Positions 8,157 to 18,007 of a stretch of DNA of 64,000 nucleotides are shown here, piece after piece. Below the pieces are notes generated by a model, which saw nothing but the letters and a program-made list of their open reading frames with translations, ran no database searches and was not told the origin of the DNA. Location of the stretch: the NCBI GenBank assembly GCA_964505425.1, contig CAZDHX010000006.1:700-64699 (forward strand), written 5' to 3'. How positions within the stretch are numbered: position 1 is the stretch's first letter; every line of letters begins with the position of its first letter. This DNA is from an uncultured Dehalococcoidales bacterium. Lineage in GTDB: Bacteria > Chloroflexota > Dehalococcoidia > Dehalococcoidales > BS750m-G39. Both the position numbers and the translations under genes were made by a program.

Positions 8157-9655
8157 GTACTGCTTTCTGGGTATGGTTTGGCATTGCCGTCTATATCGCC
8201 GCCGGGCTAGCCATCGCCCTGGTGGCGAGGCGGGGGCTGGGAAGGGGGATGAGCGATTTTTTCCTGGCTAACCGCAAGGTCGGCGGCTTTGTTTCCGCCC
8301 TGACCTATAGCGCCACCACCTACAGCGCCTTTATGATGATTGGGCTGGCTGGTTTGACCTATCTCAGCGGGGTCGGTGCCCTGGGCTTTGAGCTGACTTA
8401 CCTCTGCGGGATGTTTATGATGGTCTTCTTCCTGCCCCGCTTCTGGCTGGTGGGCAGGAAATACGGTTATGTCTCGCCGATGGAGCTTTTGAGCGACCGC
8501 TACCAGAGCAAGTGGGTTGGGGCTACCGCCGCCATACTGGCGCTGGTCTTTCTAGTCCCTTACGGGGCAGTCCAGTTGATGGGCGTTGGCTACCTGATGA
8601 ACGGTATCAGCCAGGGGGCAATATCGGTGGTAGCCGGCATTATAATCGCCGTCCTCTGTGCCATTGCTTGGTCAAACATTGCCGGTATGCGCTCCGTTGC
8701 CTGGACTGATGCCTTCCAGGCGCTGGTCATGATTGTTACCTCGGCGGCGGTGCTGGGGGTGGTGGTGGCGGCGCTGGGTGGATTCGGCTCCTTTTTCAGC
8801 AGGCTGGAGTCAGCCTCGCCGGGGCTTTTGACCGTGCCTACGGCTAAGGGGTCGTGGAACATCAACATGTTTATCGGTCTTGCCCTCCCCTGGCTCTTCT
8901 TCTTAATATCAAACCCTCAGGTGAGCCAGCGGCTCTTTATTCCCAAATCGGTCACCGCCATGAAGCAGATGCTGGGCGGTTTTCTCATCTTTGGCTTCAT
9001 CTATACCATAATATCGGTATTATGGGGTTTTGGCGCTACCCTGCTGGTGCCGGGGCTGGAGAACGCCGACCTGGCGACGCCCACCCTCCTCGCCCTGCCC
9101 ATAATACCCATGGGCCTGGCTATAATCGTCATGATTGGCATCACGGCGGCAGCCATCTCCACCATTGATTCTATCCTGCTCACCCTGTCCTCGGTGTGGG
9201 CGCGCGATATCCACAAGGGGCTTATCAACCCCAGGGTCTCGGAGAGGAGAGAGCTGAGGGTTGGGCAGTGGGTCATCCCCATTATGGCTATAATTGCCTT
9301 CGTCTTTGCCTGGTGGGCGGCGGGGAAAACCGGTCTGTCCTTTATGATTGCCCCCCTCTCCTCGGCGGCTTCAGCCGGTCTGCTGATGGCGGTGCCGACT
9401 ATCTTCGGCGCCTTTTTCTGGAAGCGGGCGACGGCCGCCGGGGCTATCACAAGCTGCGTCGTTGGCGCCATCGTGGTCCTCCTCTTCCAGGTAACCGGCT
9501 GGAAGCCTCTGGGCTGGTGGCCGGGGACGTGGGGATTTATCGTCTGTGCTGTTCTCTTTGTTGGCGTCAGCCTGGCAACTAAACCGCCCAAGAAAAAGGC
9601 GGATGAGTTTATCGGTTATCTTAAGGAAAAGTTAGACAAGGGGAATTTTATATAA
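8153..9655 (+). CDS. sodium:solute symporter (SSS) family transporter
   Basis: About 500 aa with about 13 helices. GGAGG lies 7 nt upstream of the ATG at 8153. The longer ORF-track start at 8135 is unlikely. Confidence 0.8.
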   Translation: MSTAFWVWFGIAVYIAAGLAIALVARRGLGRGMSDFFLANRKVGGFVSALTYSATTYSAFMMIGLAGLTYLSGVGALGFELTYLCGMFMMVFFLPRFWLVGRKYGYVSPMELLSDRYQSKWVGATAAILALVFLVPYGAVQLMGVGYLMNGISQGAISVVAGIIIAVLCAIAWSNIAGMRSVAWTDAFQALVMIVTSAAVLGVVVAALGGFGSFFSRLESASPGLLTVPTAKGSWNINMFIGLALPWLFFLISNPQVSQRLFIPKSVTAMKQMLGGFLIFGFIYTIISVLWGFGATLLVPGLENADLATPTLLALPIIPMGLAIIVMIGITAAAISTIDSILLTLSSVWARDIHKGLINPRVSERRELRVGQWVIPIMAIIAFVFAWWAAGKTGLSFMIAPLSSAASAGLLMAVPTIFGAFFWKRATAAGAITSCVVGAIVVLLFQVTGWKPLGWWPGTWGFIVCAVLFVGVSLATKPPKKKADEFIGYLKEKLDKGNFI

Positions 9656-9680
9656 GATTGAGTTTGGTTGAGGTTTACCC

Positions 9681-11741
9681 TTGGAGCTAATCAAGACTGA
9701 CTGTATACTCTGTGTATGGGGCTGCGGCATAAACGCCTACGTTGAGGATGGCAGGCTGGTAAGGGTGGAGGGCATGGCGGAACATCCGATGAACCAGGGG
9801 GTGTTGTGCCCCAAGGGGAGGCATCTGGTGGACTATGTCTATTCCCCGGACAGGCTCAAATACCCCATGAAGAAGGCAAAGGGGGGCTGGGAGAGAATCT
9901 CCTGGGATGAGGCTCTGGATGAGATAGCTCAGAAACTGGGGCAGGTTAAGGATAAATATGGCGCTCACGCCCTGGCTATCTTTTGCGGCTCGGTGGGGGT
10001 GGAGAATAACGAGATATCTACCTTTGCCCGCCGCTTCGGCGGCGCCTACGGCACCCCCAACCTCGTCTCCATGGATAGTATCTGCTATGTTTGCCGCATT
10101 CTGGCTCACCGGCTGACCTTTGGCACCCTCCTCCTTGAGGAGCCGGAAAAGGCGGGGTGCGTTATCCTCTGGGGGCACGACCCCGATAACTCAAGGCTAC
10201 CTCTGGCGGCTAAGCTCTATAAGGCGCTGGACAGGGGGCTTGAGCTGATTGTTGTCAACCCCAAGCGCACCTCGCTGGCGAAGAGGGGGACTTATATCCC
10301 GATAAGACCGGGAACCGATTGCGCCCTGGCTCTGGGTATGCTGAATGTCATTATTGCTGAAGACCTCTATGATAGAGAATTCATCGCCAAAAATACAGTT
10401 GGCTTTGATAAGCTGGCGGAGCACGTTAAGCAGTACCCGCCGCCAAGGGTTGCGGAGATAACCGGCGTTCCCGCCGATGAGATAAAGAGGATTGCCCGAA
10501 TATTCGCCACCACCAAGCCAGCCTGCATCGTTCCCGGCACCTGCTCCCTGGACCAGTGTATAAATGGTCTCCAGACCCACCGCGCCCTGGCTATTCTGCA
10601 GATAGTTACCGGAAATATTGATGTCCCCGGGGGCTGGGCTGGTGTTCCCTTCGCCCGTTTGGGCAGCCTCAGCATCAAGGTTGACGAAGACCCCATCGGT
10701 GCCGCCGAGCACCCCTTGTTCCACAGCCTCTGGGGTCACCGCTCCCCCTATGGTCAGGCGCTGTACCTGCCGGACGCCATACTTGACGAGAAGCCATACC
10801 CCATTAAAGCCCTGATTATCAGCGGCGGGAATCCCGCCCTCACCCTGCCCGACTCCGACAAGGTTAAGAAAGCCCTGGGAAAGCCGGAGCTTCTGGTGGT
10901 AATGGACCTTTTCATGACCGAGACCGCCAAGCTGGCGGATATCGTCCTCCCCGCCTGCTCATTTATGGAACGGACTGGCGTCGGCTATGTTTACAGTATG
11001 ACCAGCGGGCTGCCATATATGCTGCTTCGTAAAAGGGTGATAGAGCCGCTGGGGGAAAGCCTGCCTGACTGGAAGTTCTGGTGTGAGCTGGGGAGGAGGA
11101 TGGGCTACGGCGACCTCTTCCCCTGGCAGACCGAGGAGGAGGTGGTGGAGCATTGGCTGAAGCCCATCGGACTGACCATCAAGCAGCTAAGTGAGGAAAA
11201 CCCCGAAGGCGTCTTCTTTGCCCAAAAGAAGTATGATATGGGGCAAAAGGGCGAGTTTCGGACACCGTCAAAGAAGATTGAGATTTACTCCCAGACCCTG
11301 GCTGAGCATGGCTATGACCCCCTGCCAAATCATGTTGAGCCCAGCCAGAGCCCGCTCACCCCCGAGCTGGCAAGTAAGTATCCTTTAATCCTGACCACCG
11401 GTGCCCGCATCCCGGCTTACACTCATAGCAAACTAAGGCATGTGCCGGCGCTCAGGCGGACTGCCCCGGAACCGCTGGCTGAGGTTCACCCCGATACTGC
11501 CAAAGAATACGGCATTGCTGACGGCGATATGGCGGCTATAGAAACCAAAGGGGGAGAGATAAAAATGAGGGTCAGGACAACCGAGGACCTATTACCTGGC
11601 ATTGTCAGCATCCCCCACGGCTGGGCGGAGGCTAATGCCAACCTGCTCACCGAGCTTGAGCCCCATGACCCCGTTACCGGCTACCCTGAGCTTAAAGCCC
11701 TCCTCTGCCGGATAAGAAAGCTGGGAGGTAGAAATGATTAA
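9681..11741 (+). CDS. molybdopterin (bis-MGD) oxidoreductase, DMSO-reductase superfamily, cytoplasmic
   Basis: 686 aa. N-terminal 4Fe-4S motif CILCVWGCGINAY...CPKG. No twin-arginine signal peptide. Confidence 0.8.
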   Translation: MELIKTDCILCVWGCGINAYVEDGRLVRVEGMAEHPMNQGVLCPKGRHLVDYVYSPDRLKYPMKKAKGGWERISWDEALDEIAQKLGQVKDKYGAHALAIFCGSVGVENNEISTFARRFGGAYGTPNLVSMDSICYVCRILAHRLTFGTLLLEEPEKAGCVILWGHDPDNSRLPLAAKLYKALDRGLELIVVNPKRTSLAKRGTYIPIRPGTDCALALGMLNVIIAEDLYDREFIAKNTVGFDKLAEHVKQYPPPRVAEITGVPADEIKRIARIFATTKPACIVPGTCSLDQCINGLQTHRALAILQIVTGNIDVPGGWAGVPFARLGSLSIKVDEDPIGAAEHPLFHSLWGHRSPYGQALYLPDAILDEKPYPIKALIISGGNPALTLPDSDKVKKALGKPELLVVMDLFMTETAKLADIVLPACSFMERTGVGYVYSMTSGLPYMLLRKRVIEPLGESLPDWKFWCELGRRMGYGDLFPWQTEEEVVEHWLKPIGLTIKQLSEENPEGVFFAQKKYDMGQKGEFRTPSKKIEIYSQTLAEHGYDPLPNHVEPSQSPLTPELASKYPLILTTGARIPAYTHSKLRHVPALRRTAPEPLAEVHPDTAKEYGIADGDMAAIETKGGEIKMRVRTTEDLLPGIVSIPHGWAEANANLLTELEPHDPVTGYPELKALLCRIRKLGGRND

Positions 11742-12261
11742 GGCATTTAACGGCAAGATGCCCAGGATAGCCGAATCAGCCCTGGTCAGCGAGGCGGCAT
11801 GTATTGTCGGCGATGTTGAAATCGGGGAGAATTCCAGCGTCTGGCCGGGGGCGGTAATTCGTGCTGACTTTGGCAAGATAACCATCGGCAGAAACACCGC
11901 CATAGAGGATAACAGCGTTATTCATGCCGGTTCACCCCGCCCTGAGATGGAGGATATGACCATCGGCGATGAGGTGCATATTGGCCATGGGGCGGTAGTC
12001 AACGGTCATAAGATTGGCAATAACGTTCTCATCGGCATGAACGCCACCATACTTCACGATGCTGAGATTGGCAACTCCTGTATCATCGGGGCTAGCTGCC
12101 TGGTCAGCGAGGGGATGAAGATTCCAGACAACTCATTCGTTGTTGGCGTTCCCGGGAAAGTAAAGGGGCGGGTTTCACCGGAGCAGTCGTTCTGGGTGGA
12201 GGATGCCTCTAAAAGCTACGCCAGAATAGTAAAGCTCTATAAGGAGCAAGGGGGGCTATAG
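11734..12261 (+). CDS. gamma-carbonic-anhydrase-like left-handed beta-helix (hexapeptide repeat) protein
   Basis: 175 aa. Hexapeptide repeats, SVWPGAVIRAD and IGHGAVVNG motifs. Overlaps the preceding gene by 8 nt. Confidence 0.8.
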   Translation: MIKAFNGKMPRIAESALVSEAACIVGDVEIGENSSVWPGAVIRADFGKITIGRNTAIEDNSVIHAGSPRPEMEDMTIGDEVHIGHGAVVNGHKIGNNVLIGMNATILHDAEIGNSCIIGASCLVSEGMKIPDNSFVVGVPGKVKGRVSPEQSFWVEDASKSYARIVKLYKEQGGL

Positions 12262-12274
12262 GGGGGTCATAATC

Positions 12275-14134
12275 ATGGTTGACCTACCGGGCGGAGTGAA
12301 GTGGGGTTATCTAATTCCTTGGGTCTTAATAGCCGTTATCTTATTCGGCTGCCCCGCACCGTCATCCCCGCCTGACACCACACCCCCGCCAGCAGTAATC
12401 GGTCTGGCTGTCGGTGATGCCTATGATGACAGAGTGGACTTGAGCTGGGAACCGAGCACCGCCGATGATTTTGACCATTATAATTTATACCGGAGCGATG
12501 CCGAAATACTAAGTGTCACCGCTCTGACACCCACCCAAACAGATATCAACAGCTATGAAGCAACCGGGCTGGAGGTGGGGACCACTTATTACTTTGCGGT
12601 AACGGCAGTGGATAACAGCGGCAACGAGAGTTTGCCGGCGACGATAAGTGCGACACCGGCGGCTGAAGAACCATTACCACCTCCAGATACCACCCCACCA
12701 GAGACGACGATAATCAGTGCTCCCAGTGAGGCTATAGGTTATGGTAATGTGAGTTTTGAGTGGGCGGGTAGTGATGATATTACGGTGAGCGCTGACCTGG
12801 TTTACTCATACATGCTGGAAGGGTATGATGTTGACTATTCTGCGTTCACTGCAGAGACTGGTAAGACCTATACTAGCTTACCTGACGGGCAATATGTCTT
12901 CTATGTCAAGGCGCAGGATGAGGCTGGCAATGTTGACCCAACCCCGGCGACCACCCCTTTTACCATAGCTACTGGACCTTCAGGCGGTCTGCTGATACTT
13001 CCTAACAGCGAGGTGAACCGCATCGCCGTCGGTGCTGATGGTAAGAGCATCTATGCCCTTGATGCGGTAAATTCACAGCTTTACAAGTCAGGCTACGGTG
13101 GTCGCGGCTGGGTGAACATATCCGCTGGCGTTAGCGGTGGCGCAACCTGGAATGAGCTGACAATAGCCCCGGATACCGCCGAGATAGTGGCGGTAGTAAC
13201 TAACTTCCGGACGGAGGTCTGTCTATCAATTAACGGCGGGGTTAGTTTTGCCGCAATGGGTTTGGCGGGCAATCTGGCTGCCGGCGAGCGCGTTCAGTGC
13301 CTTACCATTTCTCCGCCCTACGGGGCGTCGCTTAGGGAAATCGCCGTTGGTACCTCCACCGGTAACGGAGGGGGAAGAGTCTGGAGCAGTAACATTCCTT
13401 TCGGGGGCTGGGTGGACGAAAGTAGCGGTGTCCCCGGCTGGCTGCCCGGAGTGCCGCCAATATTGGGCACCGACGTTTTTGCCCTAGAATATTCGCCGTC
13501 ATTTGGCGCCGACAATATTAAGCTGGCTATCGTCTCAAGCGGTCCTGCCCCCGATACCGATGACACCTATCTCTATATCGGCAGAGGTAGCGGCGGCAAT
13601 ATGACCTGGAACGCTGACGTGGCGCCAGGTTATCCGGTAGAAATCTGTCAGGCAGGCGCCGATACCCCCGGTTCCCCCCTTATCTCCGCTGAGCTGACCT
13701 TGCCTTCAGACTATAGCGGCTCACACATGACATCGCGGCATGTCTACGCCTACTGGTCCGGTGGCGACATCTATCGGCTCGATGACACCATTTGCCACCA
13801 GCTCTACGTGGGTGGCGGCGCCATCTCAAGTATTGCCTATTACGGTACCAGCAGCCAGGGTAAGCTGCTGGCCGGCACCAGGATGGCTATCCCCGGTGAA
13901 CTGAAGACGCAGGTTTACTTTACCTCCAGTCCGCAGTCTGGGGCCCCCGTTTGGCAGCCCAGTCTCAAGCCGCCTACCGGACCGAATGAAGCTCAGGTTG
14001 CCTGGTCGCCCGATGGCACTGTAGCCTACTGCGGCACGAGCACTATCGGTGGTGCCAGCAATGACCAGAGCGCCTTCTCAGTGAGCACCAACGATGGCCT
14101 TAGCTGGGACCAGATAGGACTTATTGATACCTGA
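12275..14134 (+). CDS. secreted lipoprotein with FN3-like, Y_Y_Y-like and BNR/Asp-box beta-propeller-like regions
   Basis: Lipobox ILFGCPAP, Pro/Thr linkers PPDTTPP (twice), Asp-box-like SINGGVSF and STNDGLSWDQ. Confidence 0.5.
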   Translation: MVDLPGGVKWGYLIPWVLIAVILFGCPAPSSPPDTTPPPAVIGLAVGDAYDDRVDLSWEPSTADDFDHYNLYRSDAEILSVTALTPTQTDINSYEATGLEVGTTYYFAVTAVDNSGNESLPATISATPAAEEPLPPPDTTPPETTIISAPSEAIGYGNVSFEWAGSDDITVSADLVYSYMLEGYDVDYSAFTAETGKTYTSLPDGQYVFYVKAQDEAGNVDPTPATTPFTIATGPSGGLLILPNSEVNRIAVGADGKSIYALDAVNSQLYKSGYGGRGWVNISAGVSGGATWNELTIAPDTAEIVAVVTNFRTEVCLSINGGVSFAAMGLAGNLAAGERVQCLTISPPYGASLREIAVGTSTGNGGGRVWSSNIPFGGWVDESSGVPGWLPGVPPILGTDVFALEYSPSFGADNIKLAIVSSGPAPDTDDTYLYIGRGSGGNMTWNADVAPGYPVEICQAGADTPGSPLISAELTLPSDYSGSHMTSRHVYAYWSGGDIYRLDDTICHQLYVGGGAISSIAYYGTSSQGKLLAGTRMAIPGELKTQVYFTSSPQSGAPVWQPSLKPPTGPNEAQVAWSPDGTVAYCGTSTIGGASNDQSAFSVSTNDGLSWDQIGLIDT

Positions 14135-14167
14135 GTCGGGATACGTTTCTTGCCATAAGGAGGAAAG

Positions 14168-14464
14168 ATGGCTGAGTTAAATAAAACAATGGTGGGAAAA
14201 GAATTTTATCTTGACCAGATTGAAGATTGGGGGTATTGCTATTGTCAGAAATGTGGGAGGATAAGGTATAAATTCGATTTAGAAGCTACAGAGCAGGGAG
14301 TTAGGTGCCGCCAGTGTGGCAGTTATGACTTGGAAATGCCCGGCTGGGTCAATTGCCCTCACCAGAAAGCCTCGGCAGTTAAATGCCCACGTGCCGGCAA
14401 AGGAATCAAGAAACGGGAATATGGCTATGAATGCCAGGATAGGTGCAGTTTTCGCAGGCTCTAA
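14168..14464 (+). CDS. Cys-rich zinc-ribbon protein, function unknown
   Basis: 98 aa. CQKCG...CRQCG pairs plus further Cys. AAGGAGG SD upstream. Confidence 0.4.
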   Translation: MAELNKTMVGKEFYLDQIEDWGYCYCQKCGRIRYKFDLEATEQGVRCRQCGSYDLEMPGWVNCPHQKASAVKCPRAGKGIKKREYGYECQDRCSFRRL

Positions 14465-14502
14465 ATAATGTGGCAGAGAACCAGGTCAGCAGCCGATACT
14501 AG

Positions 14503-16923
14503 CTACTTAGTTTTTGCCTTCTCCTGTAAAGCCTTGAGAATGCTCTCACGGGTAACGGGTGAGTCCTTTATCCTGATCCCAACAGCATTATAGATGGCAT
14601 TGCCAATCGCCGGTGCGGTGGGAGATATCTGGGTTTCGCCCATACCCTTAGCGCCATACGGGCCGTCCTTGTGTATAGCTGAAACCAGCGAGATTTTGAG
14701 GTCATCCACCAGAGGCATATCTGATGCTGAAGCCATTTTATAGTCCCTGAAATTGGGGTTGAGCACCTTCCCCTTGTCCAGCATTATTTCTTCCCATAAG
14801 GCAGTGCCCACGCCCATAACGATACATCCCTCTATCTGTTGCTCGCACATCTTGGGATTTATGGGGTAACCTACGTCAGCAGCGGCGGCAATCTTGTCTA
14901 CTTTAACCTCGCCGGTCTCTATATTAACCAGGACCTCAATGGCCTGGGCTCCGTAACCATAGAAAGCGGTCAGCCTGCCCCCTTTCTTGGCTATATCGAG
15001 AGGAATCTGGGCGGTTTCAGGGTCTGAGGGAGCAACCGGTGTAATCCAGATACCCTTGCCTAATATCTCTGCTTGTTTCTCCAAGTAGTTGCCAAACTCG
15101 TTGGGCATGAGCGCTCTCTCCGCAGAGAAAAGCTCTCTTATCTCTATGGTTTTAGATGGCTTCGAACGTACGTATATCTTCCCGTCTTTAATATCCAGGT
15201 CCGCTGGCGGAGCCTGCAGTTTCTGAGCGGCAATCTCAAACAGTTGCCGCTTGGCGTCCTTAGCGGCTAAGCGTACCGCGTTGCCGACGTTAAATGTAGA
15301 ACGCTGGGAAGTAGAGCCTCGGGAAGCATACGGGATAAAGTTAGTATCTCCCCACGCCACCCTGACTTTATCTAAAGAAGTCCTGAATTCTTCGGCAGCA
15401 ATCTGAGCCATTGCTGTAATAGAACCTTGTCCTATTTCATCGGCGCTTTCGCGTACCTCAATCGTTCCATCCTCTAATACCTTGACAATAGCTAGAGCGG
15501 TAGTTGGTGCCATGCTATACTTGTTACCAAGAGCCACCCCCCTACCTCTCCTCCAGGGACCCTTTTCCTGCTTTGGTTTCTTATCCCACTCTATGAGGTC
15601 AGTTACCTTGTCCAGGCATTCCCTTAGTCCTATGCTGTGGACAACTTCTCCCACAGCATTTATCTCTCCTTCTTTCAATATGTTCTTTCGTCTGAGCTCA
15701 GCAGCGTCCATGCCCAGTTTCTCGGCAATCATATCCATTTGAGATTCAATCGCCCAAATCGCCTGTGGCGAGCCAAACCCACGAAAAGAGGTAACAAATG
15801 GCTCATTGGTGTACACTGCATAGGCGTCAGCCTTCAGGTTAGGTAATCGGTATCCGGCTACTACTCCATAGATGCAGTTTCTCGTTATGAGTGGACCTGA
15901 GGTGGAGTATGCCCCCATGCCAAGCAGGATGGTGATTTCCCGGGCAACTATAGTGCCGTCCTTCTTCACCCCATCCTTGAGTTTAATAACGCAGGGAATT
16001 CTATTACCTCCGGAGGTAAACATCTCTTCTCGCGTATAGAGCAGCCTTACCGGCCTTCTTGTCTTTTTGGCGAGTACTATAGCTATTGGCTCTGCATATA
16101 ATGTTACCTTGCCTCCAAAACCTCCACCCACGTAATGAGATGTAATCAGCCTTATCTTGGATGGTGGCAATCCAAATAAATTACACAAATACTGCTTAGC
16201 TAGAAAGATGCTTTGCCGACTAGCCCATATTGTTATACCCCCATCAGCTTCAGCCTGGGCAATGCACATCTGAGGCTCAAAGCAACCATGCTGTTGCATG
16301 GCAGTGATAAATTTGTTCTCAATAATTAAATCAGCTTCTTTAAATCCTTTCTCTACATCCCCGTGGCGGACCGGTCGGTGATTACAAACATTGGGTCTTT
16401 CCGGCACTAGTTTTGGACTGGGAAACTTCCCCATATCATACCGGGGAAGGTCCGGATGGACCACTGCCGGCGGAGACGTTTGCCATGCTTCCTCTATATC
16501 AAACACTCCCGGCATTTCCTCATATTTGACATCAATCAGTTCTAATGCTCTCTCGGCAACATCAAGGCTAATAGCCGCTACGGCGGCTACCGGGTCTCCA
16601 ACATAGCGGACGACATTTCGCGCCAGCACATGCTGGTCAAATACCGATGCTCCGTACCTTTTCTCAGGGACATCCTTGCCAGTTATTACCGCCACGACTC
16701 CCGGCAACTTCTCCGCTTTTGAGGTATCAATACCGATGATTTTGGCAGAGGGGTGGGGACTTCTCAAGACCTTAGCATGGAGCATTCCAGGTATCTTTAT
16801 GTCAGTGCAGTACTTTGCCTGGCCGGTTACCTTCTCCAGGGCATCTAGCCTGGTTACACTCTTGCCTATTATTGTATACTCTGGCATCTTTCCCTTTGGC
16901 TTTCCAGAATTTACGGGAACCAT
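14503..16923 (-). CDS. xanthine dehydrogenase/aldehyde oxidoreductase family molybdopterin-binding large subunit
   Basis: 806 aa with motifs GGGFGGK and FRGFGSPQ typical of the Mo-hydroxylase family. No CODH AYxCSFR signature. Confidence 0.85.
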   Translation of the reverse strand: MVPVNSGKPKGKMPEYTIIGKSVTRLDALEKVTGQAKYCTDIKIPGMLHAKVLRSPHPSAKIIGIDTSKAEKLPGVVAVITGKDVPEKRYGASVFDQHVLARNVVRYVGDPVAAVAAISLDVAERALELIDVKYEEMPGVFDIEEAWQTSPPAVVHPDLPRYDMGKFPSPKLVPERPNVCNHRPVRHGDVEKGFKEADLIIENKFITAMQQHGCFEPQMCIAQAEADGGITIWASRQSIFLAKQYLCNLFGLPPSKIRLITSHYVGGGFGGKVTLYAEPIAIVLAKKTRRPVRLLYTREEMFTSGGNRIPCVIKLKDGVKKDGTIVAREITILLGMGAYSTSGPLITRNCIYGVVAGYRLPNLKADAYAVYTNEPFVTSFRGFGSPQAIWAIESQMDMIAEKLGMDAAELRRKNILKEGEINAVGEVVHSIGLRECLDKVTDLIEWDKKPKQEKGPWRRGRGVALGNKYSMAPTTALAIVKVLEDGTIEVRESADEIGQGSITAMAQIAAEEFRTSLDKVRVAWGDTNFIPYASRGSTSQRSTFNVGNAVRLAAKDAKRQLFEIAAQKLQAPPADLDIKDGKIYVRSKPSKTIEIRELFSAERALMPNEFGNYLEKQAEILGKGIWITPVAPSDPETAQIPLDIAKKGGRLTAFYGYGAQAIEVLVNIETGEVKVDKIAAAADVGYPINPKMCEQQIEGCIVMGVGTALWEEIMLDKGKVLNPNFRDYKMASASDMPLVDDLKISLVSAIHKDGPYGAKGMGETQISPTAPAIGNAIYNAVGIRIKDSPVTRESILKALQEKAKTK

Positions 16924-16958
16924 TTAAAATGTCTCCTCTCAGCTACCGCGTAAACTTA

Positions 16959-17474
16959 TTATTCCTTTTTCCTGGGGACTACCGCCCAGGCTTCTATTTC
17001 AATACGCATGTCGGGCAGGTCTATCCCTACATCCCTGAGCAATGTTGCCGGTCTGGGATGTTCGAACAAATCAGGCTCAAACTCCTTGAAGAAGCGGTAC
17101 ATCTCATCGCGCATATCGAAAACGTCCTCTCTCCTCCTCAGAAAATAACGAAACATAACAATGTTCTTCAGAGAGGCACCCGTCATTTCTAGGTTATCTT
17201 TAATATCCAGCAATGCCTGGCGGGTCTGTTCTTTTATGCCACCCACCACCTTACCCTTTCCGGCTCGTTCCTCCTCAGGAGTTCGGCATGGCGCATCTTC
17301 AAAGGGGTCTCTTCCGGTTGAGCCTGAAAGGAAAATGATATCCACATCTCCCTTGGTTCTGAACCCTGTCGCCCAATTCATCTTTTCTTTGTGGTAGTGA
17401 GGCCACAGGGTGCCCCATTCGTATTCAACCTTTCCTTTTTCCTCTAGCTCTCTCGCCTTTGGGTTTGTAGCCAT
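16959..17474 (-). CDS. RidA/YjgF-like (Rid family) protein, extended form
   Basis: 171 aa with a central IFLSGSTG...KNIVM...IEIEAW pattern resembling the Rid fold. Sits between the FeS and Mo subunits. Confidence 0.5.
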   Translation of the reverse strand: MATNPKARELEEKGKVEYEWGTLWPHYHKEKMNWATGFRTKGDVDIIFLSGSTGRDPFEDAPCRTPEEERAGKGKVVGGIKEQTRQALLDIKDNLEMTGASLKNIVMFRYFLRRREDVFDMRDEMYRFFKEFEPDLFEHPRPATLLRDVGIDLPDMRIEIEAWAVVPRKKE

Positions 17475-17487
17475 TTAATCATCTCCA

Positions 17488-17964
17488 TCATCTGGTTTGT
17501 TTCATCTTATCTCGAGCTGCCATGATAGCTTCAACTATCTTGATATAGCCCGTGCAACGACACAGATTTCCACTCAGACCTGTGCGTATATCATCCTCGG
17601 TGGCATCTGGATTCTCCTCGAGTAATGTTTTGGCCATCAGTATCATCCCAGGAGTGCAATAGCCACACTGAAAGGCAAAGTGCTCAATGAAGGCTTCCTG
17701 CAGAGGGTGCAGCTTGTCATCATGGGCAAGACCTTCAATAGTGATAATCTCTTTCCCCTTGGCTTGGGGAGCTAGCATCAAGCAACTCTTCACCGCTTTG
17801 CCATCGATAATAACAACGCACGAACCACAGTCACCAGCATTACATGACACCTTCACTCCTATCAAGCCGAGTTCTTCGCGTAGTACCTCTGCCAGTGATT
17901 GCCATGGTTCTACAGATACTTCGTAGAGTTGACCATTAACCTTTAGCTCCAGCGCTTGCTTCAT
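17488..17964 (-). CDS. [2Fe-2S]-binding small subunit of Mo-hydroxylase
   Basis: Motifs C..GDCGSC and CGYCTPG, C.C. Start taken at the ATG at 17964 (MKQALELKVNG), which avoids overlap with the FAD subunit. Confidence 0.85.
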   Translation of the reverse strand: MKQALELKVNGQLYEVSVEPWQSLAEVLREELGLIGVKVSCNAGDCGSCVVIIDGKAVKSCLMLAPQAKGKEIITIEGLAHDDKLHPLQEAFIEHFAFQCGYCTPGMILMAKTLLEENPDATEDDIRTGLSGNLCRCTGYIKIVEAIMAARDKMKQTR

Positions 17965-18007
17965 ACCCTGCTTCCTTCTCTTATATCCATTTAATCCATG
18001 CTCATAG

